A program made the translations under genes and the position numbers. A DNA stretch of 63,973 nt, filler included, from Streblomastix strix (Eukaryota): assembly GCA_008636045.1 (NCBI GenBank). It is 3 parts of 3 records of this genome, joined end to end, with 100 filler letters (N's around TTAATTAATTAA, not from the genome) between each part and the next. Parts side by side here need not be neighbours in the genome. Positions count along the whole stretch, not along the records: positions 1 to 21,673 come from SNRW01000359.1; 2 more parts are not named here. The stretch is one strand, 5' to 3'. Numbering within the stretch: position 1 is the stretch's first letter; every line of letters starts with the position of its first letter. Below the pieces are notes generated by a model. That model was not told where the DNA came from, did not search any database, and saw only the letters and a list, made by a program, of their open reading frames with translations. Shown one piece after another: positions 1 to 12,648 of the stretch.

Positions 1-432
1 AATGACTCGTTCTTGTCTCCCGCTAAATTTCTAGATGAATTGGTATATTAATTAGGAAAGACGAATAATATTTATATCATAAATTGTTTTATTGTTCCTT
101 ATACACACAAATAGATGGAGAAAAGATGTGCTTAATATTATTTTTTTATTGAAAGATATCGATTGACTGTGAGGTTTATTTTATAATTATTGTATATAAA
201 TGGTTGTAATTAAACTAATATATGAAAAAACTGATTTAAATTCAATTATTATCAATGTAAATTATATATTCGTTACCAATTGTCCCACTAAGGCAACTGA
301 GGAATGTATATATTATATCCAACAACTTCATCTTTATTGAGTTATTGCAATCAACTATTTGTAGTAATTTTTTTGCAGATTCCTCAAACAATGTACACAA
401 TGGGGACCATTTTAAAAACAGCAAAAGAAAAG

Positions 433-2760
433 ATGACGCGAAGATCAAATAATACATATGAACGACTGCTGAGCTAGGATTCGTACTAAACACCTAATTA
501 CGCCAACCTAGTACCGCAAAACCCGCTACAGGTCACAGCGCAACCGCAACCGACATTTGTGAATGCGTTCCACTAAAGCATTGAGATATACCCGCTAGAC
601 CCTGACTAAACGATAGCAACACCAGAAAAGATATCATCATTCGCAATAAAGGCTGTATTGGTTCTCTTAGCCGGACTATCGGGGCAAAAAACGTAGCAGA
701 TTGATTTTTACTCGGAAGACCCTTCTGAAGGGCAAGTCATTGAAGCTAAACAACGAGCAAGAGTAGCCACAGACTTGGTGACATGGAAAAGACCTTCAAA
801 GCACAATAATCAACCAGTTCAACCGATATTCGCATTTGATCAAATCCTCACAGACCTGGAAGCGAAATTGGCGCAATAATACAAACAGTTACAAAGAACA
901 TTAACATTAATCGTGAAAGGAAACTGGACAATAACATTAAAGTTTAATTTAAACTCGTTCGTAAACATATTTGACACTACTTGCAAGGTAATTATGACAT
1001 GCGCATTGACAAATACGAATGAACAAAAAAACTTTTTGAAAAAACAGCCGCCGCCAGTAATACGTCCAGAATACGACAATTAGAAGTAAAAATCGTTACG
1101 TGCGATGCTCCCGACTTAAAGAGCCCTTCCAGCATCGGTACACACATTTTTTACGAGAATCGATGGTTATACAAGGGAACTAGGCCAAGTATTTAGGAAA
1201 TTGACCGTGCTACAAGTAATAGACTTAATCAGGTGAAAGACAGAGATGATACCACCAGAATAGGCTAAAGATCTTGCAAAGAATCTTTTCCAAAGAATCC
1301 AACTAACTGTTTTTATATTGTATTTAAACAAATTACAGAAGCAGGTCATGAATCCATTCACAGCTCCTAACCCCTTTTACATTCAATCTCCTCAGCAGTT
1401 GATATAAATGCAAAGATAACAACGAACACAATGACCTTTACATTTCTCCGAGCAACCGATATACCATCCAATCTAACCAATCCAGTTTCCGACAATTCCT
1501 CCATTGATTCCTTTATATTAATTGTGTACTGGCCATAAACATTCACGAATTAATCTCGACTTTAAATGAATCCAAACTCGAGAGATGAAAAGAATTCAAA
1601 CTAATCGATTCAACAAGTGTATCAAGTTACAACATTACCTGTTGAAAGTCCGATACAGAATGAATAGATTGCCTGAAGAAGAACACTTATTCAATCAATC
1701 TTTTCAATATCAACGCATCTTAAATGGTAGGCTCTCCGAATATCATTCCTACCTTACACAATCGAGATAGATTAACAACAGAGATAGAGTAAAAGATAAT
1801 TATCATCATTATACGGAAGAATAGAAGAGTCATAGGAAGTGCTCCTTCAGGAAGAAGTTATACCCGAAATAACAGTGCCACACTTACAACCGTACTTAAA
1901 AGACACTAAGAAAGCTCAACTAACTTGGTTAGATAGATGTTACGATCTAATTGGAAACTCCAGCGTAATTTAATATAAGAACACAAGGTTGTATAGCAAA
2001 TTAACTACGCTAAAAATTCTTTATACTTTGAGATTAGAGATAATTTTGGGTAGATGCAGAGTACTCATAAGAATAGGTCAATATACTTCTCTACCTGTCA
2101 AATGTTTTTAAATCCAAAAATTCCCATGAGAAGTCAAGGAAAAACGAGGCTGTGAAAATTTACAAAAGAGAAAAAAATGAACTATAAAAACTGTAAATTA
2201 GTAAAAAGAAGAAGAGAATATGAAGCAATCCCTGACGAGGAAGAGAAAAAGAAATAGAGTAGTAGCAGTTGCAGTTGAAGCAGCAATTACAATAACAATT
2301 AACAAATACAAAAAGATTGGACTGGTAAAAGACAAACTACAACTCAATGAACGGAAGGTGATGAAGACTGGATAAAGGACGATGAACGCCACAGACAAAA
2401 GGAGAAATAGAAACAATTCGAATTTGTTAGAAAACAATAGACCAAGAACCAATAACAATCCCAACCACAAAAATCGCAAATATAAAAAGACACAAAAGTA
2501 AATGAAAACCAAATATAAAGGCGCTCAGAGCCATAGAATCTCATTTCACTCATACAATCTGATTCAAACCTTCAAATAAATTAAAATATAGACTATAATT
2601 ACGTAAGTTCATAATACAATACACACCTCACATGTCCATTTAACCATACCTTATATCACATTCATTTATGTTGGAAGAAACAGAAGCCATATTAAGCACA
2701 ATTTCACCTGGAGATCCACTAGGACACTAGGAAAGAGAACCTGATAGGAAATAAACAAAA
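433..2760 (+). mobile_element. Degenerate GC-richer retroelement-like region (possible DIRS-type gag plus RT N-terminus remnant)
   Basis: Code-6 ORF 433-1236 (MTRRSNNTYERLLSQDSYQTPNY...) followed by interrupted Q/K-rich frames containing LLQEEVIPEI. Composition is distinct from the AT-rich flanks. No RT catalytic motif was seen, so the family call is weak. Confidence 0.3.
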
Positions 2761-2784
2761 CTTCAACAATACGCAGAATTAACG

Positions 2785-2843
2785 CAGTAGATAACGGTTA
2801 ATTCGTACAACGGTTAATTCGTAAATATGGATAATTCGTAGTT
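2785..2843 (+). repeat. Short tandem motif AACGGTTAATTCGTA x2 plus a degenerate third copy; possible DNA-transposon end
   Basis: CAGTAGATAACGGTTAATTCGTACAACGGTTAATTCGTAAATATGGATAATTCGTA sits at the GC-to-AT compositional boundary. No partner inverted end was found. Confidence 0.35.
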
Positions 2844-5569
2844 TTATAAAATAATTGATGTAAAGTTGAATTATTAATTAAATCTCATAGTTTAATTCGT
2901 AAAATAAAAAATGTAAAACGTAGAAAAAGTTTCCCTATTAATTTTATTTTTTAAATTATTAAAAAATATATTCAAAAAAATTTTTTTTAAAATAAATTAA
3001 AAAATTTTAAAATTTAGTTTAAATTTTATTAAATAAATTGCAAAATTTTCATTATTTTTTAAAAAAAAAAGTTTATCTTTACTTAATTTATTAAAATTTA
3101 TTTAATAATTTATATCTACTAACTTTTTTGTTTAATATTATCTAATTTAATATTATTGATTATTAATTTTAAAGAAAATACTATTTAAATATTTGTTAAA
3201 TGATTTTTGAATAATAAATTATTAATGATGAATAAATTCTATAAAATTAATTTTGAAACAAATTAAAAAAAAATAAATACTTTTTATCTTTAGTAAATTA
3301 ATTATTAATAAATGCATTAATTTTCAACATTTTTATTGCTTTGAATGTTTATAAAATCCTAGAAATAGAAATAAATATCAATTCATATTATAAACAATTT
3401 CAATTTCATTTGTTTTGCTTTATGTTGCTAAAATTCATTCCGAACTATTTATTGAATTAAAATCAATAGATGAAGTATATGTAATGCGAAAAAGAATTAC
3501 TAAAAAGATATAAAACTGTATTCATATCCAGAAATTGAAAAATTTCTAAAAATTAAATTTAAATTTGAAATAAATAATTCTAATTTGCAATAATTTTTTG
3601 AATGATTATTAATTTTTAAAAATATAATACAAAATTCAATTCGATTTGACATTTCGAAAAAAAAATTAAAAAACAATAAATTTTCCAAATTAATTGTACA
3701 AATAATAAATTTTAGATAAACTATTTATAAAATCTGATTAAATTTAAGTTAATGTAATTTAAATCGAGTATTATAAATCAGATTTAATCAAATTTAAATG
3801 AAATAAATTGAATAATTTAATTAGTAAATTTATGAATTATAATTTTTTTTAAAATAAGCAAATATTCTATAACAATTTTAATTTTAAAAAAATTAAAAAT
3901 TAATTTTTCGGTAAAATTTCATAATTTCAAATTTGAAAGCACGTTGAAAGCTTTATGAGTTTCCAAGATAGAATGTATAAAATTTTACTAAAATTAATAA
4001 TTTTTTGAATATTGTTTAATAAATTAATTATATTTTTATTTCAGTTATTAAATATATTTATTTTTCAATTATATTTAATGCATTCTTATAAAAAACAATT
4101 ATTATTATTTATTAATTTATTATTTATAATAGTTGTATCAATATAAAATATATTAAAAAAAAATTTTATAATAAGTATAAATTCAAAAGTTTAGTAATTC
4201 ATTTTATATCAATTAATATTTTTTGTGTATTGATAAAAATTTAATTTAATGAAATATTAATAATTGAAATTATTATTCGAAAAGTAAATTTTAGCACTGT
4301 TATTGTAATGAGAGATAAATATATTTTATTGATTTCTAAAACCCATATATGTCATTTTATTAAAATATTTGATATATTAGCAATAATTCAATAATTCAAT
4401 ATAACAAAAGAAAAATTAAGATTTTTTTATCTAAATCGTCAAATTTATAAGCTTATATTTAGATATATAATTAAAATTATTACTTTTTGATGTGAATAAT
4501 TTAAGTATTCAAATTTTATAATTCTTCAAAATAAAAATTTTGGATATACGAAAAAAAACTTAAACTGTTTTTTTTTATTCATATATTAATACAAAAGAAG
4601 AATTAATTTAAATATTAATATCAAATTTTAATTTTCATTCTTTTATTTAGAAAATTTGATAAGTACTAAATTTCAAGGCATTTTGTATTTGTTAAAAAAA
4701 TGTTATCTAGTTTTCAGGTTTCATTTTTATCAAAGTTTAAAATTTTAAATTCCAATGATGGAATTAATCAAAATTTATATTTAAAAATCAATTTTGATTT
4801 TAGTTTTTCATATTTCAGACTTTTGCAAAGAATGAATAGAATATTCTGCAGAACATTCAAGTCAATTTTATTAGACATTGAATGTAATCTCTGATCAAAT
4901 TTTATGAAATAGTTTACATCATTAATTTCTAAATCAATTACTGAATTATTTGAACTAGCTAATATTATATTGGCAAAAAGATGCGTTTCTGAAACTAGTG
5001 GTTCTTATTGAAAATCTTTAGTACTCAAATATAGAAATATATTTATAATTATAATTTTTATCGGGATATTTATCCATTCCATTTATATTAAATTCAAATT
5101 TTTATATCTAAATGTAAAAATCCAATGAAAATTGAATAAATAATCGAAATTAGAGTTTGAGCTTAAACGTATTTTATATATTAATTATTGTGCAGTATTG
5201 TTAAAGTATAAATTTGAATAGTTTTTTAATTCTACTTAAAATAATAATTTATATATGTAAATTCTGTGATAAGTGAAATATTACATTTATTAATCTTTAT
5301 TTAATATTATAAAAATAATTCAAATTCTTTAAATATATTTTAATTAAATACTGACATTTGACTTAACTTAACATTGATATTAGTATTAGTATGATATAAT
5401 GGTCTGCATTAATTAGATATTGAGATATATTACAATTAGATATTAAGAATATTAATAAATTATAAAAACTGAATTTAATTAAATGAATAATACATATTTA
5501 AATTGGATAAATAATTTATAGATAAAAATAAAAACTATTTAATTAATAATTCATATTTTTTTATGCATC

Positions 5570-8500
5570 ATATTATTCTAGGAATTCTGTTATGCAAATA
5601 TAATTATAAATATTAATTTGAATAATTTTATAAGAAAAATAGTGATTTTTTTAAAATTTATTATTAAAAATATCTATAAATTCTCCTTTAATATTGCATA
5701 CATTTAGTACTCGCAAGTTCTGGTTAAGCAATTTTGATTGCAGTTGAGATTTACTCATCATCATCAAAAAGTCCATCTACATATTTTTTGATTTCATAAA
5801 ATATTTCTCTATCAATATCTGTTTATTTTCGTGAGATAAGAGCAATAATCAATGCTGATCTATTCATTATTTCCTTCGGTGTATAATATGTCATTGCATT
5901 TTTGAATGATTTAAATATGCCGATTTAATTAAACATGCTAAAATTATCAAACAAGTCATTTTTAGCTTCATTTTTATGGTCAACTTCATATGCTCGGTCC
6001 CTATTCTCTTTGAATTGTTTAAGCAATTTTTCAATTCCAAGTTGATAAGATATTTCTTAGAAATGCGGATGAGTTTCTGTCGGTTCTTATTGAGAACTCA
6101 TCATAACTAATAAAAGAATTGACTTAAGAATTTCATCAATAATATCCAAGTTTGCTGAGTCCAAAAGTCGAATCAATCCCATAAATGGATTTATCTGAAT
6201 AAGCAATTTCTTGACTTGAATGTTTAATGATGACAGTCTATAAAAAGCCTAAACGCTTGATTTCGGAATCTTATCCAACTCTCTTGTGTTAAATAAGGTA
6301 AGAAGACCTTCTGCAACTCCTTAATCAAATACTATTTTAGGGAAATCATCTCCCATTCTGTCAAATCCATTCAGAAGAGGATCACATTGTGAATCTTATC
6401 TCTTCTGTATTTCTTTTATTTACTTATCGGTTCCTTCAAGAGGTTGTCTCAAAATCATCGCAGTTACGATACCAAATTACTCAGTTCCTTTGTTTTCATA
6501 GAAAGCTAATTATTAAAATATAAATTTAGAATAAAAAACATAATAATTATTGTATAAATGAATTATATATATAATTTATACCAATTAAGTTTATATATTA
6601 AAATATCACACTAATATTCAATGCAAGGCACTTCTAAGCAAAAAGTGCTGCATCTTTCTTTTATTAAATAGAATCTTTGATAAGAGTGTTAATATGATTC
6701 AAAATAGGATCTTTCATTTATTTATCTTAAAATACTTTTGCTTTAAAAAGATTGCAAATAATAAAACAAGACAGATCTTTAATATCTCTCGTAAATCCTT
6801 TAATGAAACAGGAATAGATTTTTTCTATTCCACCTTCTTCTTTTATTATTTTAAAATGAGGATGTGGATCAGCCAACAAAGATTATTATGATGTATATTA
6901 TATCAGCTCAAAAATGCACCTAAGAGAATATTCAACAACAATCGGATCATTGTGTGTTAGAAGTAAGAGTAATGAATGATATGGTTCAATTGTTAATACA
7001 TGTTGCATTACTTCAGAATCAGCTTGATTTATAACCTTGAAGAAAGCTTATGAAAAAGTAGGAGTTATTTAGGTTAAATTATATGTTATGAATATATAAA
7101 GAAATGAATGAGGAATATTCTTTTTGAAAATATTCATTCTAAATTTAGGGTCTTTATTTTCATCAATCAGTTTTATTAATTTTTTACATCTATTTTCTTT
7201 TAATTAATTCAAATTAAACTTTTAATTTTCATCTCCCTATAAAGGTTTTTGAAGATCATCAACAATATTCTATAGGATTTAAGAATTTTCATCATTTTCT
7301 AAAATAAATTTAAAATATTAAAAAAAATAAAAATGAAAATGAAAATAAAATAAACCGATAATATTCATATATGTAATAAAATAATTAATATATATCAAAC
7401 ATTATTAATCATCTTCTTAATCATCTTATTATTCTCCTTTCTCCTCAATATTATTATTATCTGTCCCTGAATCAACTTATGTCTATTACTTCACATTAGC
7501 GGATAATTAAGGTACTGGTGTCTATGAAGATGATTATTAGGGTTATTTATTAATTAATGCATTAGACGGAGGAAGAAGAATCATATTTGGTGGAGGAAGT
7601 AGTTTACTTGGAGGAGGTGGAATTGGAGGAGGCTGTTTTTTTGCTTGTTGGATTGGCTGCTCATTCTCTAATTATATATATAGAATGAATAATAATAATT
7701 GAATATATACAAAGTCAATTAATTATTTAAATATACAAACTTTTTTCTTCATCAAGGTTAAAATCATAATCTTTTACGTGTGTTAGTGCATCTTTTGCCC
7801 AAGTTTTCATATTTTCATTAACCCCTTTATAAATTTATTCCAATCTTAATATTAAATCATTTCTCATTTGTGGACTTGGAAAATCACGATTGGTGAACAA
7901 GAATCCAAGTGATATGGCTGCATTATCAGAAATAGGTTCATTTTATAGTAGTTAAAAAATGTGTTTAATCTATATATTCCATTCTTGCTTTGGATATCAT
8001 CGAAATAAGGATGAGTTTTGTCATTATCAGTCATTAAACGTCCTCCCGTTAGAAGAATCCTAATTGATTCAATAGATTATATAGCAACTCCAATTTAAGA
8101 GTGTTTGAGAAGCTTCAAAAGTCCTTCAAATAGCTCCAATTCGAAGAGTTTTTAGCAGATTTCTTTGTTTTGATGAAAAGTGATATAGAAATATGCTCCT
8201 GCAAAAGGAACTGTTATCTAATCCAGGTCCTACTCATTAAATATATCAATCAATGCTTCTAGTATATGAGTCTCTATTATAGTCTCTCTCAACTATTGGC
8301 TTGTGTTATCATTAAGCAACTTAGATAATTCAACACACGAATCTTCCATCTTCTTCCTTATTTACTTCTTTTCCTGCTCACTTCCTCTTATAGGTCTAAT
8401 CAATAACGACGAAGTTCTATATAACTTGTCTGTCTGCTCATCAACGACAAATCCTGAGTATTTATTATATATAATAATTAATATTTAAATAATTTAATTA

Positions 8501-9365
8501 ATAAATAAACAAACAATTTTGAATTAATATAATATAATTTTATTTTTTTTAGCAATCTTCTAACTTCCAACTTCACTGCCATCAGATTTGATATCTTCTT
8601 TATTTGATTGTTATTATTCAATATTATTAAGTGTTTCTTTTTCTTATAAAAAAAATATATTAGTATTTAATGAAATAATTAAAAATTGAATTTAATAATA
8701 TTCTTAATCTTTATAACAATATAATTATTATTTAATAATATTAATATTATTTTACAAACTTGTTTATTGGTGACTATCAACAACTACAGGAGGCAACTAC
8801 GCTGTTGATTAACGTGTGGATTAAGAAGATGATGATTAAGAAGAATATTTATTAATCTAATTATTATTTGAGGGAGGAATTATTGGTTTAACAATAGTAG
8901 GTTTCTTTTGCGAAGGAATTACTGGAGATTATTTTGGAAGAGGTACATTTGATGGAAGTACGTTCTAAGTTATATTTGAAAAAGGTACACTCTAGGTTAT
9001 ATTTGGAGGACTTGGTGGTGGAGAAGGAGGAATAATAGGAACAATAATTGAAGGTAGATTTGAAAGAAAAGGAAGAGGATTTTGATGAAGTATTGTGGAT
9101 GTTGGTAATTTGAGTTAGATAAGAATTATTTAAATTATCTTCTGATGATATTTCTCTCTTTTTTAATTCTTCATTCTTCTGTCTTTCTTCTTCTTATTTC
9201 AATTTCTATTCAAGATCATTCATCTTCTTAAGCAAATATTCATTTTTTTCTTTCTTCTTCTTTCAATTAAATTTCTCTTAATTTCTTTTACTATTTTTGT
9301 TCTAATTATTCTTTCCTTTATTATTCCTATTCTCTCAAATTCTTTTCCATTTCAATTTCTGATGT
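5570..9365 (-). CDS. Multi-exon host hypothetical protein (coiled coil, Pro-rich linkers, ARM-like helical repeats); boundaries approximate, possibly frameshifted
   Basis: Code-6 exons include EIEMEKNLREQEQQRKEQLEQ, IIPPSPPPSPPNITQ, SDNAAISLGFLFTNRDFPSPQMRNDLILRLEQ and DDEQISTAIKIAQPELAST, separated by short AT-rich introns. Confidence 0.55.
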
Positions 9366-9652
9366 TATAGATGTATAAATAAGAAGAGAAATAATATATA
9401 TGAATTAATTATAATAACAAATTAATTGAAATAATATTAACTATTGAAATAATAATTTGTTCAAACTAAACAATAGCTACTTTCATAATATTAACTGATA
9501 CAATAATAACAATAATAAATATAACTGGCACCTTAAAATATTCCATATCTTTTATTGCAATATCAGTAAGCTCAAGTAAACGCAAAGCAAAATAAATAAA
9601 ATTAAATGTAATTAAACTTATTTATTTATTAAAATTCATATTCATTTATTCA

Positions 9653-11339
9653 TTTTCTTTTATTCGGGTCCATAAATCCCAGCATCTCTTCCAGCTCCGA
9701 TTCCAGATCTAAAATTTTGATCTAATCCAACTTTTGATTAATAAATCCAAAATATTTGAGTTTAAAATCAATAGAAAATCATCCAACTTAATTCATAACT
9801 GTTGAAATGATTTAACTAATTAGTTCTATAACCATCTTAATACAAATTTTAATAACTGAAACTAGAATTGATTGTATAACTTCCTCATTCTCAAAACTTA
9901 CAACAGTGTCCATAAAATCTATCAACAAGGATAGTACACATGCATTTCATGATAAATGTTCTGTAAGAAGTATGAAGATAGATTTTATAAAATATTTTGA
10001 TTTAGACTTAAATTATGATGTTATAATAATTTAAGTGCGTAAATTTTTTTTTTAAAAAAAGGTAATATTTATTTTTCACTCAATTTTTTTTGATATCCAA
10101 TGTTAAAAAGCACAATATATACTCATTACTATTTTTATTTTTAAATTTTCTTTATTCTAGCTGATAGCAATAGCTCTAGTTCTTAACCTTGTTACATGCA
10201 AATTCATCAGAATTGACTAATTTGCACTTTGTAACGTTTGAATTCTATTTTCAATTTAATTAATATACAAACTTTTTTTGCTTCATTCGTTTTATGTCTT
10301 TTTAGAAGTTTCTAATATCTGGACATCATATATATTTAGAAATTTTTTTACCAGTCTTTCTTCATTTCATCTTTTATCCAAAAATTTTATGTCAAATCAC
10401 CATCATCTTCTTATTTATTATTTAATTCAAAATTCTATTCAATATTAACATCTTTATAAACAGATCATATTTATCTTATTAAATTAATAATTTCATCATT
10501 GATTAAATAATCATTGTTATAGTTGTTTAATAGATATTCTTTTATTCATCATTTTCTTCGTTTTCCTCATTGTTTGACTTAGAGTCACTATCAATTAACA
10601 TAATTTCTTTTTAATTTGTTGTTGCTCCAACTTTGCTACAACTTTGAAAGATGTTTGCAAATATATTCAATTCAAAACGAACGTCATTTATTTGAAAATT
10701 ATCTTCTGATATTTTTAATCTTTTCCTTTTATTTATATGCTATTATTCTTTTTTGACTTATTCTGATCTTTCTTGGTTTTATCTATTGAATAGTTTTAAA
10801 TTTCTTTTTCTTTTATTAGGTTTTTTACTTTGAGTTCAATAATTCAAGATCATTTATATCGTCTGTGTCTTTATCATGATCAATGATAATATTTTTATTC
10901 ATTTTATATTCATTTTATTTTTCTTTATGTTATTCTTTTCTTAAATCAGAATTTAACGAAATTAATTTTTCATCTTCTTTTTCTTCTTTAATTACTTATT
11001 CTTAAAGGTTCATTTCAAACTCATTCACATCTTCTCCTTAAACGTTCTGAGGTCATAAATCATATTCCTCGACATTTGTTAAAATTTTATTTTTAACATA
11101 ATGTTTTCTATAAGCAGCTCGAACCAGCTTTTCTCTTTTGTCCAAATCAATTTTCATCCTTTCAATAATTGCAAATTCATTACTGATAATTGAAGTGACT
11201 TATCTGAAGAATTTAGATAACAATTTAAAAATAGACACGAAATCTTGTATGTTTTTTTCTTATATTTTCTTTTTTTTTAAATAAAAATTTTAATAGATAT
11301 AATTCAAATTTATATGAAGTTTGAGCACATCCTCAAATG
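9653..11339 (-). pseudogene. 3' part of the split Merlin transposase plus a long acidic/charged downstream coding extension (degraded)
   Basis: Immediately beyond the TSD the frame reads YI*GCAQTSYKFELYLLKFLFKKK, which fits the ISXO2-family C-terminal 'YLxEF' region. It continues as an E/K-rich frame with several TGA stops. Confidence 0.55.
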
Positions 11340-11345
11340 TAGAGT

Positions 11346-11618
11346 ACTGCTATAAAATGGAATTTTTCCAGATTCTTAACTTTTTCCCGATGTATCAGAC
11401 TCAAATCTCCACGATTCTAGGCAAAATGGTAATTCTGGACAATTATCCTTATTTTATCAACGAATCTAGCATATTTTTATCATAATTTATACAATTTATT
11501 CAGAATAACACAAATCTCCACGTTTATTTGTAAAATGTAAATTGTGGAAAATCAATGTTTAATATCAATGATTCTAACAAATTTTTACCATTATATAAAC
11601 ACATTTATTGCATAAGTT
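11346..11618 (+). repeat. Left TIR of compact Polinton
   Basis: Aligns by eye to the reverse complement of 19042-19324; shared blocks include TTAACTTTTTCCCGATGT, CAAATCTCCAC and TTGTGGAAAAT. Confidence 0.88.
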
Positions 11619-11659
11619 ACCATGAAACAAATGCCAAAAACTACAAAAATAATTTTCAA

Positions 11660-12600
11660 TCAGATCGTTGATAGTTTGTTTATTTGTGTAGATTTGAATA
11701 AAAATTTGGGAATAACTTATACTTGATTTCTTCTGGAGTTTATGTGGGGTGTACATTTTATTTTCGTAGTTACTCTACAAATTTATCATGATCCGACATC
11801 TTTGGTGCATTAATTTGATAAATTTAATTTTGTATCATTTGATTGACTAAATTATAAATATTTCTAATATAATTTCCAAGTATATTTGAATCTTTTAATT
11901 TAATAAAACTAGCTATCTATTGATATTCAGCCTCTAATACATTCATTTAATAAGCCTCACGAATTTGCTTACATTTATCATGATCAATACCTGATACAAT
12001 TTCATTATTTCTACATCGCGCATCGCAAGTTGCTTCTATCATTTAACCCAGCTCGCTTTCAAATAAACCCGAAAAAAGGTCACCTGTTCATTCACCTGAT
12101 TATTGTTAATTATTATATTTTTTTTATGAATAATGCTTTATCATGAATTTATTTATAGATGATTAAATTGTATTTTTATCACTTTACTAATAACTCGACT
12201 AATCACTTGCTTATTCTTTTGGCTAATTTACATTATCAACATCTTGATATATAAGATAAATTTATCTTGGACATTATGTCAAATTTGCTGCATTCATCAA
12301 CGATTTATTTAAATTTGCATTTTAAGTTTATTTCTAGCGATTTTTTGTATAATATCTAAATACAAACGATCATGTCGATGAGCAATTCGATGGGTTGGAA
12401 AACGAATACATTTGTTAATAATGAACGATTTGATCTATTCATGTTCTGAGTTTTCTAGCATAAGCACACTAACTTCTTCAGATGATGATTATTTTGATAA
12501 TTTCTATAATATTTCTAGTTAGTCTTGATTTAATTGTGGCATATTTCGAAGCAGTAAAAATATTAATTTCAATCATCATGAACAACTTTTTATCGAAGCA
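11660..12600 (-). pseudogene. Degraded hypothetical ORF(s) inside the compact Polinton
   Basis: Code-6 open stretch GDLFSGLFESELGQMIEATCDARCRNNEIVSGIDHDKCKQIREAY..., interrupted upstream. No recognisable motif. Confidence 0.4.
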
Positions 12601-12648
12601 AATTCAACTTTTTATCATCATTAATAAAACTTTTTATCAGATTACAAA

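Noticed and set aside
2850..4800. Extremely AT-rich tract
   Set aside because: No ORF, periodicity or paired termini could be supported; treated as intergenic or decayed repeat.
11370..11415. Apparent Walker A-like 'ESDTSGKS' on the minus strand
   Set aside because: It lies inside the non-coding TIR and recurs inverted at ~19260-19300.
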